This document shows, piece after piece, positions 1-9,317 of a stretch of DNA of 64,000 nt. Below the pieces are notes generated by a model. The model was not told the origin of the DNA, did no database searches, and saw only the letters and a list, made by a program, of their open reading frames with translations. The stretch spans positions 12,414-76,413 of the forward strand of contig CAYHAE010000005.1 of NCBI GenBank assembly GCA_964354545.1, in the 5' to 3' direction. The translations under genes were made by a program, and so were the position numbers. Numbering within the stretch: the stretch's first letter is position 1; each line of letters starts with the position of its first letter. The stretch is from an uncultured Planctomycetia bacterium (GTDB lineage Bacteria; Omnitrophota; Gorgyraeia; 2-01-FULL-45-10; JAHFGN01).

Positions 1-1
1 T

Positions 2-301
2 CCATACGTCCTCGTCATACCATCGAAATACAATAACCTATTCGGCGCATATATGCTTTTCTACATGTACGCATTCATGGTCATCGGAGGCATCAGGCTG
101 TTCTTCGCGCGTTTGGCGAGGGGTTCCGCGTATCTCTTGATCTTCTTATTTGTCTATTACCTTGCATCGCACCCCTTATTCTTCAAGATCATCATAGCGC
201 GGCATAGGGCGCCGCTGCACCCGTTCTTCATCATCCTGTTCGCGTTGGGTTTCTTTTACATATGGGATTGGATCAAAAAGAATTCTTACCAGGCACTATG
301 A
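2..301 (+). CDS. Partial CDS (5' end outside window): C-terminal part of a hydrophobic integral membrane protein
   Basis: The reading frame is open from base 2 with no upstream stop and continues into the listed 53..301 ORF. The translation is very hydrophobic (FYMYAFMVIGGIRLFF, LLIFLFVYYLA, FFIILFALGFFYIW). Function is not assignable. Confidence 0.35.
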   Translation, partial: PYVLVIPSKYNNLFGAYMLFYMYAFMVIGGIRLFFARLARGSAYLLIFLFVYYLASHPLFFKIIIARHRAPLHPFFIILFALGFFYIWDWIKKNSYQAL

Positions 302-1761
302 ACGATAGTAGAAAAAAAGCAGTCCTCATATATCCTCCCACCGGCCTCTACGACAGAAGCGACCGTTGTCAGTCGTATCTCGAGAGCGAAACGGGTCAGC
401 TCATCTCTCCTCCCATGGATCTCGCGTACATGGCTGCCGTGCTCGAAAAGGCAGGATACCATTGTTTCGTGAGAGACTACCCGGTTGAAAAGAAAGGGTG
501 GCCGGACCTCGAACGCGACCTCGAGAGGGAGCGGCCCTCCCTGCTCGCGGTAAGCACGACCCTGTCGACCCTGAGCGATGACCTGAGGGCATGCGACATC
601 GCGAAGAGGATCGACAGCGGCTGTCTTACGGTAGGGAAGGGTGGATATGTGGGAGATGAGAGCGAATCGATACTGAGGATGAACCCCCGCCTCGACATCT
701 TCATAAATTACGAGCCGGAATTCGTCATGGATGATATCGCCCGCTCCCGTCCTCTCGATTCCATCAAGGGGATAAGCTTCAGGAGAGGCGAGGAGATCGT
801 CAACAATCCCCCGAGGCCGTTCGACGGCGACCTCGACACCCTTCCGATGCCTGCGCGGCACCTCATAAAAAACGAGTTCTACAAGATGCCGGATACGAGG
901 GAGACTTTTACCACGATCTTCACAGGCAGGGGATGCCCGTTCCGTTGTATCTTTTGTCTCGCGGGAAAAGTGGGCGGGAAGGCCTTGAGGCTTCGTTCGC
1001 CCTCACACGTGATAGCGGAACTCGAAGAGTGCATACGTTCGTTCCGCATAAGGAATTTCTGGATAAGGGCGGATACGTTCACATTCAACAAAAAGTGGGT
1101 CCTCGAGATATGCCGTCTCATGATAGAGAAGAAGTTTTCCATACGGTGGATGACGAATAGCCGCGTCGATATGGTCGACGACGAGATGCTGGGGCTCATG
1201 AAGCGCTCCGGCTGCACGGTGATCGGATTCGGAGTGGAGAGCGGCAGCCAGGACCTCCTTGACAAGATGAAAAAGGGCATTACGCTCTCGCAGACCAAGG
1301 ATGCGGTCGCGATGTGCCGGAGGCACGGAATCAAGACGTACCTGAACTTCGTCATCGGGCTGCCGTGGGAAAGCGAGGATACTTTTCACGAGACGATCCG
1401 GTTCGCAAAGTCCTTGCCTGCCGATATGTATAATTTCAGCCTCTCCTACCCATTCCCGGGGACGGAGCTCTATGAGTACGCGAAGCAGAACGGGCTTTTG
1501 AGGTCTGACGACGCCCTCGCGCGCGTGTACGGGTTTTTCGAGCCCGTCGCGGACACCCTCTATATGAAAAAGGACAGGCTCGCCCAATTGAAGGCGATCG
1601 CATTCAGAAGCGTCATGCTCGATCCGCGGTTCATACTGAGGACCATTTCCGCGACGCGGTCCCCGGCGCTTTTGGTGTCGTATCTGCAGGAGGCGATCAG
1701 GCTCTTCAGGGTGACGCACGGGGTGAGCAGGATGCAGGAGGCCTCACGGGGTCGACGATGA
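298..1761 (+). CDS. Cobalamin (B12)-binding radical SAM enzyme (class B radical SAM)
   Basis: The N-terminus has a B12-binding-like Rossmann segment (KAVLIYPPTGLYD...DLAYMAAVLEKAGYHC). The radical SAM cysteine motif is GRGCPFRCIFC (CxxxCxxC). The ATG at 298 overlaps the upstream stop as ATGA. It is paralogous to four other ORFs in the window. Confidence 0.85.
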   Translation: MNDSRKKAVLIYPPTGLYDRSDRCQSYLESETGQLISPPMDLAYMAAVLEKAGYHCFVRDYPVEKKGWPDLERDLERERPSLLAVSTTLSTLSDDLRACDIAKRIDSGCLTVGKGGYVGDESESILRMNPRLDIFINYEPEFVMDDIARSRPLDSIKGISFRRGEEIVNNPPRPFDGDLDTLPMPARHLIKNEFYKMPDTRETFTTIFTGRGCPFRCIFCLAGKVGGKALRLRSPSHVIAELEECIRSFRIRNFWIRADTFTFNKKWVLEICRLMIEKKFSIRWMTNSRVDMVDDEMLGLMKRSGCTVIGFGVESGSQDLLDKMKKGITLSQTKDAVAMCRRHGIKTYLNFVIGLPWESEDTFHETIRFAKSLPADMYNFSLSYPFPGTELYEYAKQNGLLRSDDALARVYGFFEPVADTLYMKKDRLAQLKAIAFRSVMLDPRFILRTISATRSPALLVSYLQEAIRLFRVTHGVSRMQEASRGRR

Positions 1762-2528
1762 GCGCGCATGCAGTATCAGAGGTATGGGTCGATAAATTGG
1801 AGAGCGAGCACGAGTACTTCCCGCCCTACGTGTGCAGGGAGTTCTTCACCCGGCTGGTCTCCACGCGATGGATATCATCTCTCATAAAGGACCCCTCCGC
1901 GGCAGCTTTTCTGGAGGCGGGATGCGGCATAGGACGGTTTGGCATCGCCATTGCGACCGCAGGGCGGAAGGTTACCCTCATGGACTGCTCCGAGAAGAGC
2001 CTCCAGGCAGCACGCCGCCTCAAGGAACTCGCTGAGGGCTATTTTGGCCCTCTTGATGTGGAGTGCCTCAAGGGCGAGCTTGAGCGCACGCGGTTCAAAG
2101 ACGGGATATTCGACGCGACTTTCAATGAAGGCGTGTTGGAGCACTGGAGCGATCGCTGCGAGCGGATAGGCATGCTGTCGGAGATGGCAAGGGTCACGAA
2201 GGCCGGCGGGCTCGTATCGGTGAGGGTCGTGAATACAAGAAATGCGTTGTATAATTTTCTTTTCCTGGCGTCGCTGAAGAAGACGATACCATTTTGCCAC
2301 AGGTACGACCTCAAGGGTCTCAGGCGCGAAATGGAAGACGCGGGCCTCGATGTCGTGTACTGTGACGGCGAAGTCATCAACGACCCCGGCGTGTGGACGA
2401 GGCGCGGGTGGCTCATCGGGCTATTGAAGGCGGCGGGCTTCGTGATAAACCGCCTGCCAAAGCGTTTCAGAGAGGTCTTGTGCCCGTCCATCTTCTGCAT
2501 CGGCGTAGTGAAGAGGTCGCAGCGATGA
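1758..2528 (+). CDS. Class I SAM-dependent methyltransferase
   Basis: Motif I LEAGCGIGRFG is followed by a typical acidic-residue strand (VTLMDCSE). There is a 4-bp ATGA overlap with the upstream gene. Confidence 0.75.
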   Translation: MSAHAVSEVWVDKLESEHEYFPPYVCREFFTRLVSTRWISSLIKDPSAAAFLEAGCGIGRFGIAIATAGRKVTLMDCSEKSLQAARRLKELAEGYFGPLDVECLKGELERTRFKDGIFDATFNEGVLEHWSDRCERIGMLSEMARVTKAGGLVSVRVVNTRNALYNFLFLASLKKTIPFCHRYDLKGLRREMEDAGLDVVYCDGEVINDPGVWTRRGWLIGLLKAAGFVINRLPKRFREVLCPSIFCIGVVKRSQR

Positions 2529-3940
2529 AGGTCCTACTGGTCAATCCGTCTCAGGAGAAGGTATACGGGGTAAAGATGTCTCCGATATATCCTCCGCTCG
2601 GCGTGCTCTATATAGGCGCGGCTCTCAAGAAACGCGGCCATGACGTGAGGCTGCTCGATGTCGACGTCGACGGGGTCACGCCGCAGACGTTCAGAGGGAC
2701 GCTTGAGTCGTTCAACCCAAGGGCCGTCGGCATCACGAGCGTCACGCCGACGGTCAAAGACGGGCTCAGGTGGGCATCCGAGACAAAAAAATTCGATCCG
2801 TCTATCCGCGTCATTTTCGGAGGGATACACGCGACCATAGCCCCTTTGGAACTGATCCGCGAGACGTGCGTGGATTTCGTGGCCTTTGGCGAAGGCGAGA
2901 AGACCGTCGTAGAGCTCGCGGAAAGGATCGAGGACGGCACGGGGTCCTATTCCGACATACGCGGCATCCTCTATAAAGTGGGAAGCGACGTTATCCGGAA
3001 CAGCCCCCGGGAGCTCATCGAGGACCTCGACGAAATAGAGTTCCCCGACACCGGCCTTCTCAGATCCCTCGCATGCTATGCCCCGCCCGATGCCGTCCGC
3101 ACCCCCGTCGCCACCATCATGACGTCCCGCGGATGCCCGGGGGATTGCACCTTCTGCTGCAGCAAATACATGTTCACGCGGCGCGTCAGGCTGCGGAGCG
3201 TTGACAATATTGTCCGTGAGATAGACCGCCTCGTCGATTCGTACCATGCGAAAGAGATCCACATCGCGGACGATACGTTCACGGTCAACAAGAAAAGGGT
3301 CGTCGATTTCTGCGAACGGGTCCGGGAAAGGGGATACGATCTGCAGTTTGAATTCATGAACGGCCTCAGGGCCGATTTTGTCGACGAAGATATCTTGAGG
3401 GCGCTCAGATCAATACGCGTGAGGAACCTCGGGTTCGGAGTAGAGTCGGGGAGCGATGAGGTGCTGAGGCTCGCGAAGAAGAACATCGATCTAAAGAAGG
3501 TGAAGAGCGCATTCTCCCTCGCCAAGAAGTTCGGCTTTGAGACCTGGGCGTTCTTCATCATAGGCCTCCCGGGAGAGACGGCCAGGTCCGTAGAGCAGTC
3601 GATACGGCTCGCCATCGAGCTTGATCCGGACTTCGCCAAATTCCTCATCCTGAAGCCTTATCCGGGAAGCGAGGTATTTGACTACCTCTCCGAGCGCAAC
3701 CTCATCGACAGCTACGATTACGACAACTACGGTGTCTACACACAACCGGTCCACCATCTGCCTGAGATGTCCAAGGAGGATATGGTGAGATGGCAGAAGA
3801 GGGCATTCGTACAATTCTATTTGCGCCCTCGAAAATTGTTAGGGCATGCGCTTCGGATAAGGTCATTTACCCAGCTGAAACTTGCTCTGAGAGGCCTGCA
3901 ATTTATAGCATTCAATATTTTTAGAGGGCGCGAGAGATGA
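2525..3940 (+). CDS. Cobalamin (B12)-binding radical SAM enzyme
   Basis: The ORF-track start at 2393 was trimmed to the ATG at 2525 (MKVLLVNPS), which overlaps the upstream stop. The B12-binding N-domain is VLYIGAALKKRGHDV. The radical SAM motif is SRGCPGDCTFCCS. Confidence 0.85.
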   Translation: MKVLLVNPSQEKVYGVKMSPIYPPLGVLYIGAALKKRGHDVRLLDVDVDGVTPQTFRGTLESFNPRAVGITSVTPTVKDGLRWASETKKFDPSIRVIFGGIHATIAPLELIRETCVDFVAFGEGEKTVVELAERIEDGTGSYSDIRGILYKVGSDVIRNSPRELIEDLDEIEFPDTGLLRSLACYAPPDAVRTPVATIMTSRGCPGDCTFCCSKYMFTRRVRLRSVDNIVREIDRLVDSYHAKEIHIADDTFTVNKKRVVDFCERVRERGYDLQFEFMNGLRADFVDEDILRALRSIRVRNLGFGVESGSDEVLRLAKKNIDLKKVKSAFSLAKKFGFETWAFFIIGLPGETARSVEQSIRLAIELDPDFAKFLILKPYPGSEVFDYLSERNLIDSYDYDNYGVYTQPVHHLPEMSKEDMVRWQKRAFVQFYLRPRKLLGHALRIRSFTQLKLALRGLQFIAFNIFRGRER

Positions 3941-4000
3941 CATTTTCATTTTTTCATCAGATAGCGTCAAAAACTGTGCTGACTTTAATCTCTATTTTAA

Positions 4001-4076
4001 CGCAGATATTCGCAAATCAAACGCGGATTTACGCAGATATCTGCGACGATCTGCGTTCGATCTGCGCAGATCTGCG
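4001..4076. promoter_or_regulatory. Array of overlapping palindromes built from a CGCAGAT half-site
   Basis: CGCAGATATCTGCG (4032-4045) and GATCTGCGCAGATCTGCG (4059-4076) are perfect palindromes. Extra half-sites lie at 4001-4013 and 4048-4055. The array sits 50-120 bp upstream of the -35 element of the regulator/transporter promoter. Confidence 0.4.
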
Positions 4077-4123
4077 TTAAGAATGTCAACAGGGTTTATT
4101 GCGGCATCTTTCATCATATATGC

Positions 4124-4152
4124 TTGACAACGCATTATGAATAATATATAAT
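4124..4152 (+). promoter_or_regulatory. Sigma70-like promoter (TTGACA, 17 bp spacer, TATAAT)
   Basis: TTGACA lies at 4124-4129. An exact 17-bp spacer follows, then TATAAT at 4147-4152. This is about 40 bp upstream of the ATG at 4193, in an AT-rich intergenic region. Confidence 0.55.
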
Positions 4153-4153
4153 C

Positions 4154-4171
4154 GTTTAGAATGTTCTAAAC
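4154..4171. promoter_or_regulatory. Perfect 18-bp palindrome (operator-like) immediately after the -10 element
   Basis: GTTTAGAATGTTCTAAAC reads as GTTTAGAA-TG-TTCTAAAC and overlaps the predicted transcription start. This position is typical of an autoregulatory repressor operator. The adjacent gene encodes a winged-helix repressor-like protein. Confidence 0.5.
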
Positions 4172-4192
4172 GTAATAAAAGAAGGGAAAGCC

Positions 4193-4687
4193 ATGAATAC
4201 CAAATTAGAGAACGCCCAGCACAGGTTTATGGAAGGAATAGGCACGCTGTGTGACAGCTTCGGCCTGAACAAATTCATCGCCCAACTCTACGCCCTCCTC
4301 TACTTAAGCGAGAGACCCCTCTCCCTCGATGACATGGCGAGCAAGCTCAAGGTGAGCAAGGGCAACATAAGCCTCAATATACGGGAGCTCGAGAAGTGGG
4401 GGGCCGTACGGAACATATGGGTGAAGGGCTCCAGAAAAGACTACTATGAAGCGAACCTGGATGTGAAGAAGGTGATGGCAGGCAAGCTGAAATCCGGCGT
4501 TCAGAGGAGGATGGCCGAAGTCTCTGACATGATCTCGGAGTTCAAGCGCATTATCCAGTCCGCATCGTCTGAACTCACGGACGAGGAGAAGGGTATCGTG
4601 AAGATATACGAGGAGAGGTTGAAGAAGATAGAAGAGCTCGAGGCGCTCGTATCGAATGCGATGAGCCTCGCGGATAAGCTATTATAA
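4193..4687 (+). CDS. GbsR/MarR-family winged-helix transcriptional regulator
   Basis: The segment FIAQLYALLYLSERPLSLDDMASKLKVSKGNISLNIRELEKWGAVR matches the GbsR/OpcR subfamily pattern (LS.EPLSLDE.A..L.VSK..VS.N.R.LE..G.V). The RBS is GAAGGGAAAG. A C-terminal coiled-coil-like tail is present. Confidence 0.6.
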   Translation: MNTKLENAQHRFMEGIGTLCDSFGLNKFIAQLYALLYLSERPLSLDDMASKLKVSKGNISLNIRELEKWGAVRNIWVKGSRKDYYEANLDVKKVMAGKLKSGVQRRMAEVSDMISEFKRIIQSASSELTDEEKGIVKIYEERLKKIEELEALVSNAMSLADKLL

Positions 4688-4696
4688 GGGGTCCTC

Positions 4697-5737
4697 ATGA
4701 AATATAGTCCGATCATGCTTCGGATCATTACAGGGGCGCACTTCTTATTCTTACCCTTGGTGCCGGGTCCCGCCCATGCGGAAGAGAAGGTGATCAGGGT
4801 CGGATATTTCCCGAACATAACCCATTCGCAGGCGGTCATCGGCATCGCGAACGGCGCATTTCAGAAAGAATTGGGTAACGACGTTAAGATAGACGTCAAG
4901 ATATTCAACGCAGGCCCCTCGGCGATAGAAGCGATGTTCGCGGGAGAGCTCGACCTTACGTATATAGGGCCAAATCCCGCCATCAACGGATACGTTAAGT
5001 CCAAAGGGAGCGCCCTGAAGATCGTCGCAGGAGCCACGAGCGGGGGAGCAGGCCTCGTGGTCCGTGAGGATTCCGGAATTCAGAAGATAGGGGATTTCCA
5101 CAACAGGAAGATCGCATCGCCCCAGCTGGGCAATACCCAGGATGTCGCTCTCAGAGGATGGCTTAAAACGAATGGATTCACCCTGCGAGAAAGGGGCGGG
5201 GATGTTCAGGTCATCCCTATCGCCAATCCGGATCAGCTTACTCTTTTTCTCAAAAAGGAGATAGACGGAGCCTGGACGGTGGAGCCGTGGGTGAGCCGCT
5301 TGATCAAGGAAGGTCACGGGAGACTGTACCTGAATGAGCGGTCGATCTGGCCGAACGGAGAATTCGTGACCGCTCATATAATCGTGAGCCAAAAATTCAT
5401 GCGCGAGCACCGGGATCTCGTCAAAAAGTGGGTCGCATGCCACGTCGATCTCACGGGATGGATCAATCAGAATTTGCCCGAGGCGAAAGGTATCTTGAAT
5501 GAAGAGCTGAAGAGGATCACGGGGAAGGCTTTGCCCGCGGATGTCCTCGACGAGGCGTTCGCCCGCCTGAAGGTGACGTATGACCCTATCCAGAATTCGC
5601 TCTTCACATCCGCCCGGTGGGCCTTCGAGCAGGGATTCCTCGGTAAAGAATTTCCGGATCTTTCCGGGATCTACGATCTCACTGTGTTGAACGAAGTTTT
5701 GCGCGAGAAGGGCTTGGAGAATATCGAGAATAAATAG
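4697..5737 (+). CDS. ABC transporter periplasmic substrate-binding protein, NMT1/SsuA/TauA-like (sulfonate/nitrate/bicarbonate class)
   Basis: There is an N-terminal signal peptide (MKYSPIMLRIITGAHFLFLPLVPGPAHA). The NMT1-like fold signature is VGYFPNITHSQAVIGIANG. The gene is followed by the cognate ATPase and permease. Confidence 0.7.
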   Translation: MKYSPIMLRIITGAHFLFLPLVPGPAHAEEKVIRVGYFPNITHSQAVIGIANGAFQKELGNDVKIDVKIFNAGPSAIEAMFAGELDLTYIGPNPAINGYVKSKGSALKIVAGATSGGAGLVVREDSGIQKIGDFHNRKIASPQLGNTQDVALRGWLKTNGFTLRERGGDVQVIPIANPDQLTLFLKKEIDGAWTVEPWVSRLIKEGHGRLYLNERSIWPNGEFVTAHIIVSQKFMREHRDLVKKWVACHVDLTGWINQNLPEAKGILNEELKRITGKALPADVLDEAFARLKVTYDPIQNSLFTSARWAFEQGFLGKEFPDLSGIYDLTVLNEVLREKGLENIENK

Positions 5738-5739
5738 GC

Positions 5740-6531
5740 ATGGCAAAGCTGAAACTACACGATGTCTCAAAACGTTTTAGGACCCGGCATGGATTCCTGA
5801 CGGTATTGAAGGATATCGATCTGGAGGTTGAGGACGGAGAATTTCTTTGCATTGTCGGGCCATCGGGGTGCGGGAAGACAACGCTTCTGAATATTATTGC
5901 CGGGTTAGAAAATCCGTCAAAAGGCCAGGCGCTGTACAAGGGCACACCGATCTCCGGGCCCAGCCCGAACAGGTTGATCATCTTCCAGGAATTGGGGTTG
6001 TTTCCATGGTTGACGGCGCAGAAGAATGTGGAGTTTGGGCTAAAGATGAAGAGGATCCCGCAGCGCAAAAGACAAGAAATAGCCCTCGAGTATCTCGATA
6101 TGATGAATCTCATCAAGTTTAAGGATTCGTATATCCATGAGTTGTCCGGAGGCATGAAGCAACGGGTTGCCCTCGCGAGGGCATGGGCCATGGATCCGGA
6201 GATCCTGCTCATGGACGAGCCCTTTGCTTCGCTGGATGCTCAGACGAGAGATATGCTTCATGATGAACTCCAGAGAATTTGGGAGAGGACGAAAAAGACC
6301 GTTATTTTCGTCACGCACAATGTAAGAGAGGCAGTATGTCTTGGGGACAGGGTGATCGTCCTTTCTGCGCTCCCCGCGGAGATCAAGGCGTGCTTCCAGA
6401 TCGATTTGAAGCGTCCACGGCACATCGAAGACCTCGGCCTGATGGAGATCGTGAGGTCGGTTTTGACGGAGTTGCGAAGCGAGATCGAGAAAACCTTCAG
6501 AGAGGAATTAAGTGCGGCAGAAAATACTTAA
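5740..6531 (+). CDS. ABC transporter ATP-binding protein (SsuB/TauB/NrtD-like)
   Basis: Walker A is GPSGCGKTT. The ABC signature is LSGGMKQRVALARA. Walker B is ILLMDEPFASLD. Confidence 0.85.
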   Translation: MAKLKLHDVSKRFRTRHGFLTVLKDIDLEVEDGEFLCIVGPSGCGKTTLLNIIAGLENPSKGQALYKGTPISGPSPNRLIIFQELGLFPWLTAQKNVEFGLKMKRIPQRKRQEIALEYLDMMNLIKFKDSYIHELSGGMKQRVALARAWAMDPEILLMDEPFASLDAQTRDMLHDELQRIWERTKKTVIFVTHNVREAVCLGDRVIVLSALPAEIKACFQIDLKRPRHIEDLGLMEIVRSVLTELRSEIEKTFREELSAAENT

Positions 6532-7267
6532 GCAGATATCGTTCTATGTGGCGCTTATTTTGTTATGGGAGTTTTTGGTGCGGTTGAAACTGTGGCCGGA
6601 TTATCTTTTCCCTTCGCCCTTGGCCGTCCTCGGCACCCTGATAGAGGGTTTTCGAAACTCGACATTTTTAATTGCCATTGGAATCAGCCTCCGGCGTATC
6701 GCGTTAGGATACGGCATCTCGATAGTGTTCGGGGGGTGTCTCGGGCTTCTGATAAGCAAATTTAGGATTTTGGACGAGACTATCGGGGAACTCATATTAG
6801 GTTTGCAAACTCTGCCGAGCATCTGCTGGTTGCCGCTTGCCCTTCTCTGGTTCGGACTGAATGAGCGGGCGATACTTTTTGTGGTCATCATGGGGGCCCT
6901 GTTTTCCATTACGATCGCAACCGAGTCCGGGATCAAGAATGTCCCGCCTCTTTATCTCCGCGCGGGGAGGAGCATGGGGGCCAGAAGCTGGCGGCTCTTC
7001 TGGGAGGTGATAGTGCCCGCTGCGACACCGTCTTTTATCTCCGGTTTAAAACAAGGATGGTCTTTTGCATGGAGGTCGCTCATGGCAGGGGAACTGCTCT
7101 TCGTGAGCTTGGGGCTGGGCCACCTCCTGATGATGGGAAGAGAGCTCAATGATATGAGCCAGGTGATCGCAGTGATGTTCGTGATCGCTTTCATCAGCAT
7201 ACTCGTCGGCAAATTTGTGTTCGGAAAGATCGAGTCGGATATGAGGAGGAAGTGGGGGGTCGGCTAG
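6512..7267 (+). CDS. ABC transporter permease (SsuC/TauC-like, BPD_transp_1)
   Basis: The protein is polytopic and hydrophobic. An EAA-like loop (MGARSWRLFWEVIVPAATPSFISGL) is present. The start is GTG at 6512, overlapping the ATPase gene; an alternative GTG is at 6548. Confidence 0.75.
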   Translation: MRQKILKQISFYVALILLWEFLVRLKLWPDYLFPSPLAVLGTLIEGFRNSTFLIAIGISLRRIALGYGISIVFGGCLGLLISKFRILDETIGELILGLQTLPSICWLPLALLWFGLNERAILFVVIMGALFSITIATESGIKNVPPLYLRAGRSMGARSWRLFWEVIVPAATPSFISGLKQGWSFAWRSLMAGELLFVSLGLGHLLMMGRELNDMSQVIAVMFVIAFISILVGKFVFGKIESDMRRKWGVG

Positions 7268-7291
7268 GGCGCCTGACTGAAGTGCGGGGCT

Positions 7292-7470
7292 AATCCCCTC
7301 CGCAAAATCCCCGGCTTTTGGTTCGACGAGCTCACCATCCCTCGAACCATCCCGAGCCGTTCGACAGGCTCACGATGCCTCGAATGGTGCCGAGCAGAGT
7401 CGAGGCACGAAGTCGAGGGGCAAGCCGGGGATGGGAAGTTGCGGAATAGGATTTTGCTTCGGGGAGGGAG
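7292..7470. repeat. MITE/REP-like intergenic element, copy A (long variant) with terminal inverted repeats
   Basis: The 5' end is AATCCCCTCCGCAAAATCCCCGG. The 3' end is GGATTTTGCTTCGGGGAGGGAG, an imperfect reverse complement of the 5' end. The interior holds nested inverted repeats (GGTTCGA...TCGAACC, CCTCGA...TCGAGG). The same termini occur at 27258-27346 and 61629-61706. Confidence 0.5.
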
Positions 7471-7533
7471 TCTCGGCCCTGCCAGCGGAGCTGGCGAGGC
7501 CGAGGGGCTCCACAAAAGAGAAGGAGACGATCG

Positions 7534-8148
7534 GTGCAAAAAAATGTGGTGTGGCATGCGCATAAGGTAACGAGACCGGAGAGGGGCGCCATCAAGGGCC
7601 ACCGCCCGTGTGTCCTCTGGTTCACGGGGTTGCCGTCATCGGGTAAATCCACGATCGCGAATGAGCTTGAGTCCGTCCTCAATCAACGAGGGGTGCATAC
7701 CTATGTCCTCGACGGGGATAACGTACGGCATGGGCTGAATAGGAACCTCGGCTTCACGAAAGAGGACCGCAAGGAGAACATACGCAGGATCGGTGAAGTC
7801 GCGAAACTCTTCGTCGACGCAGGTGTCGTGACGATCGCGGCGTTCATCTCTCCCTTCGCGGAGGACCGTCGATGCGCGCGGGATCTTATGAAAGAGGGGG
7901 AGTTCATAGAGATATATGCGAAATGCCCCCTCGAGACGTGCATGGAACGCGACCCGAAGGGGCTCTATAAGAAGGCGATCGCAGGCGAGATAAAGGATTT
8001 TACCGGTATAAACCAACCCTATGAGGAACCGCTTAAGCCTGAGATCGTGCTCGATACGGGCAAGCTGTCGGTAGAGGAGGGGGTCAACACGATCGTCGAA
8101 TATCTTGTCCGCAATGAGACCATCGGCGAGAAAGGAAAGGAGTTATGA
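7534..8148 (+). CDS. cysC: Adenylyl-sulfate (APS) kinase
   Basis: The P-loop [20 protein letters not shown] sits in the canonical APS kinase context. The size is about 200 aa. The start is GTG at 7534, 7 nt after the AAGGAG RBS. Confidence 0.9.
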   Translation: MQKNVVWHAHKVTRPERGAIKGHRPCVLWFTGLPSSGKSTIANELESVLNQRGVHTYVLDGDNVRHGLNRNLGFTKEDRKENIRRIGEVAKLFVDAGVVTIAAFISPFAEDRRCARDLMKEGEFIEIYAKCPLETCMERDPKGLYKKAIAGEIKDFTGINQPYEEPLKPEIVLDTGKLSVEEGVNTIVEYLVRNETIGEKGKEL

Positions 8149-9317
8149 ACTGCCCTTACGGAAGAAAGGAGCTCGTCAATGCCGTCGCCGCGGCCGGCGA
8201 AAGGGAGAGGCTCCTTAAGAAGGCAAAGACGCTTCATACGATAACGCTCGCGGACAGATTCCTTTCCGATTGCGAGATGCTCGCGATCGGCGCCTTCACG
8301 CCGCTCGATGGCTTTATGGGCCGCGACGAAGTCGATTCCGTCGTAAAACATTCCCGTCTTCCGAACGGGCTCATGTGGGGGATACCGATCGTCTTATTGG
8401 TCCGAGCGGACGAGGCCTCTTCCGTCAAAGTGAACGACGATGTGGCGCTCTGTGACCAGGGCGGGAGGACGATCGCCGTCATGCGTGTCGCCGAAAAGTT
8501 CACATATCCGAAAGAATCCTTCTGTAAAGAGGTCTTCAAGACCGTTGATCCGAACCACCCGGGCGTCAAGACGATACTCGAGAGCCCCGATGTCTTCCTC
8601 GGCGGGCCCGTGACGCTTATCGAACGCCCCTTGAGGAATGAAGTGGCGCCCTCATACTATCTCGATCCGGGCCAGACGCGCGCGGAGTTCAAAAAACGCG
8701 GATGGTCAACGATCGTCGCGTTCCAGACACGCAACCCTATCCATCGCGCTCACGAATATCTCATCAAGTGCGCCCTCGAATCGGTTGACGGCGCGCTCAT
8801 CCATCCTCTCGTAGGTGAGACGAAACCTGACGATATCCCCGCCGGGGTGCGGATGACGTGTTACAAGGCATTGATCGAGAACTACTTTAACCGCGAGAGG
8901 GTCGTCCTCTCGGTCCTGCCGACCTTCATGCGCTACGCCGGCCCCCGGGAAGCGCTCAACCACGCGATCATGCGGAAGAACTACGGATGCACCCACTTCA
9001 TCATCGGCCGCGACCACGCGGGCGTCGGGAATTACTACGGCCCGTTCGAGGCGCAGGAGCTTCTCCTTTCGTGCGCGGATAAGATCGGTATCACGCCGGT
9101 AAAATTCGATAATGCGTATTTTTGTAAAAAATGCGGGAACATGGCGTCGTCAAAGACATGCGGCCATGACCCGTCACATCATCTCCAGCTAAGCGGCACG
9201 AAGGTGCGCTCGATGCTTAAAGAAGGGGTGCGGCCGCCGGAGGAGTTCTCAAGGGCGGATGTGGTGGATATCCTTATCGCGTGGATGGCGGGGCAGGAGA
9301 AGGAACTGGTCAAATGA
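8145..9317 (+). CDS. sat: Sulfate adenylyltransferase (homo-oligomeric ATP sulfurylase)
   Basis: The diagnostic ATP sulfurylase motifs [13 protein letters not shown] and GRDHAGVG are present. A PUA-like N-domain is present. An AAGGAG RBS precedes the start. Confidence 0.9.
   Translation: MNCPYGRKELVNAVAAAGERERLLKKAKTLHTITLADRFLSDCEMLAIGAFTPLDGFMGRDEVDSVVKHSRLPNGLMWGIPIVLLVRADEASSVKVNDDVALCDQGGRTIAVMRVAEKFTYPKESFCKEVFKTVDPNHPGVKTILESPDVFLGGPVTLIERPLRNEVAPSYYLDPGQTRAEFKKRGWSTIVAFQTRNPIHRAHEYLIKCALESVDGALIHPLVGETKPDDIPAGVRMTCYKALIENYFNRERVVLSVLPTFMRYAGPREALNHAIMRKNYGCTHFIIGRDHAGVGNYYGPFEAQELLLSCADKIGITPVKFDNAYFCKKCGNMASSKTCGHDPSHHLQLSGTKVRSMLKEGVRPPEEFSRADVVDILIAWMAGQEKELVK

Noticed and set aside
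286-1719. Minus-strand ORFs 286..861 (191 aa), 879..1355 and 1003..1719 (238 aa), antisense to the first B12-radical SAM gene
   Set aside because: They lie entirely inside a + strand gene with clear B12 and CxxxCxxC motifs. Their translations are Arg/Pro/Gly-rich with no recognisable motif, typical of spurious antisense ORFs in high-GC DNA.
2393-2524. N-terminal extensions of listed ORFs (2393..3940, 10062.., 11053.., 23698.., 32687.., 41908.., 43558.., 48018.., 50469..)
   Set aside because: Each extension overlaps the upstream gene out of frame. Each is followed by an internal ATG or GTG with an RBS, typically forming an ATGA overlap with the upstream stop. The starts were trimmed accordingly, but the exact starts remain predictions.
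4751-5770. 339-aa minus-strand ORF antisense to the substrate-binding protein gene
   Set aside because: It fully overlaps a + strand gene with a signal peptide and NMT1-like motifs. It has no RBS or start context and its composition is low-complexity.
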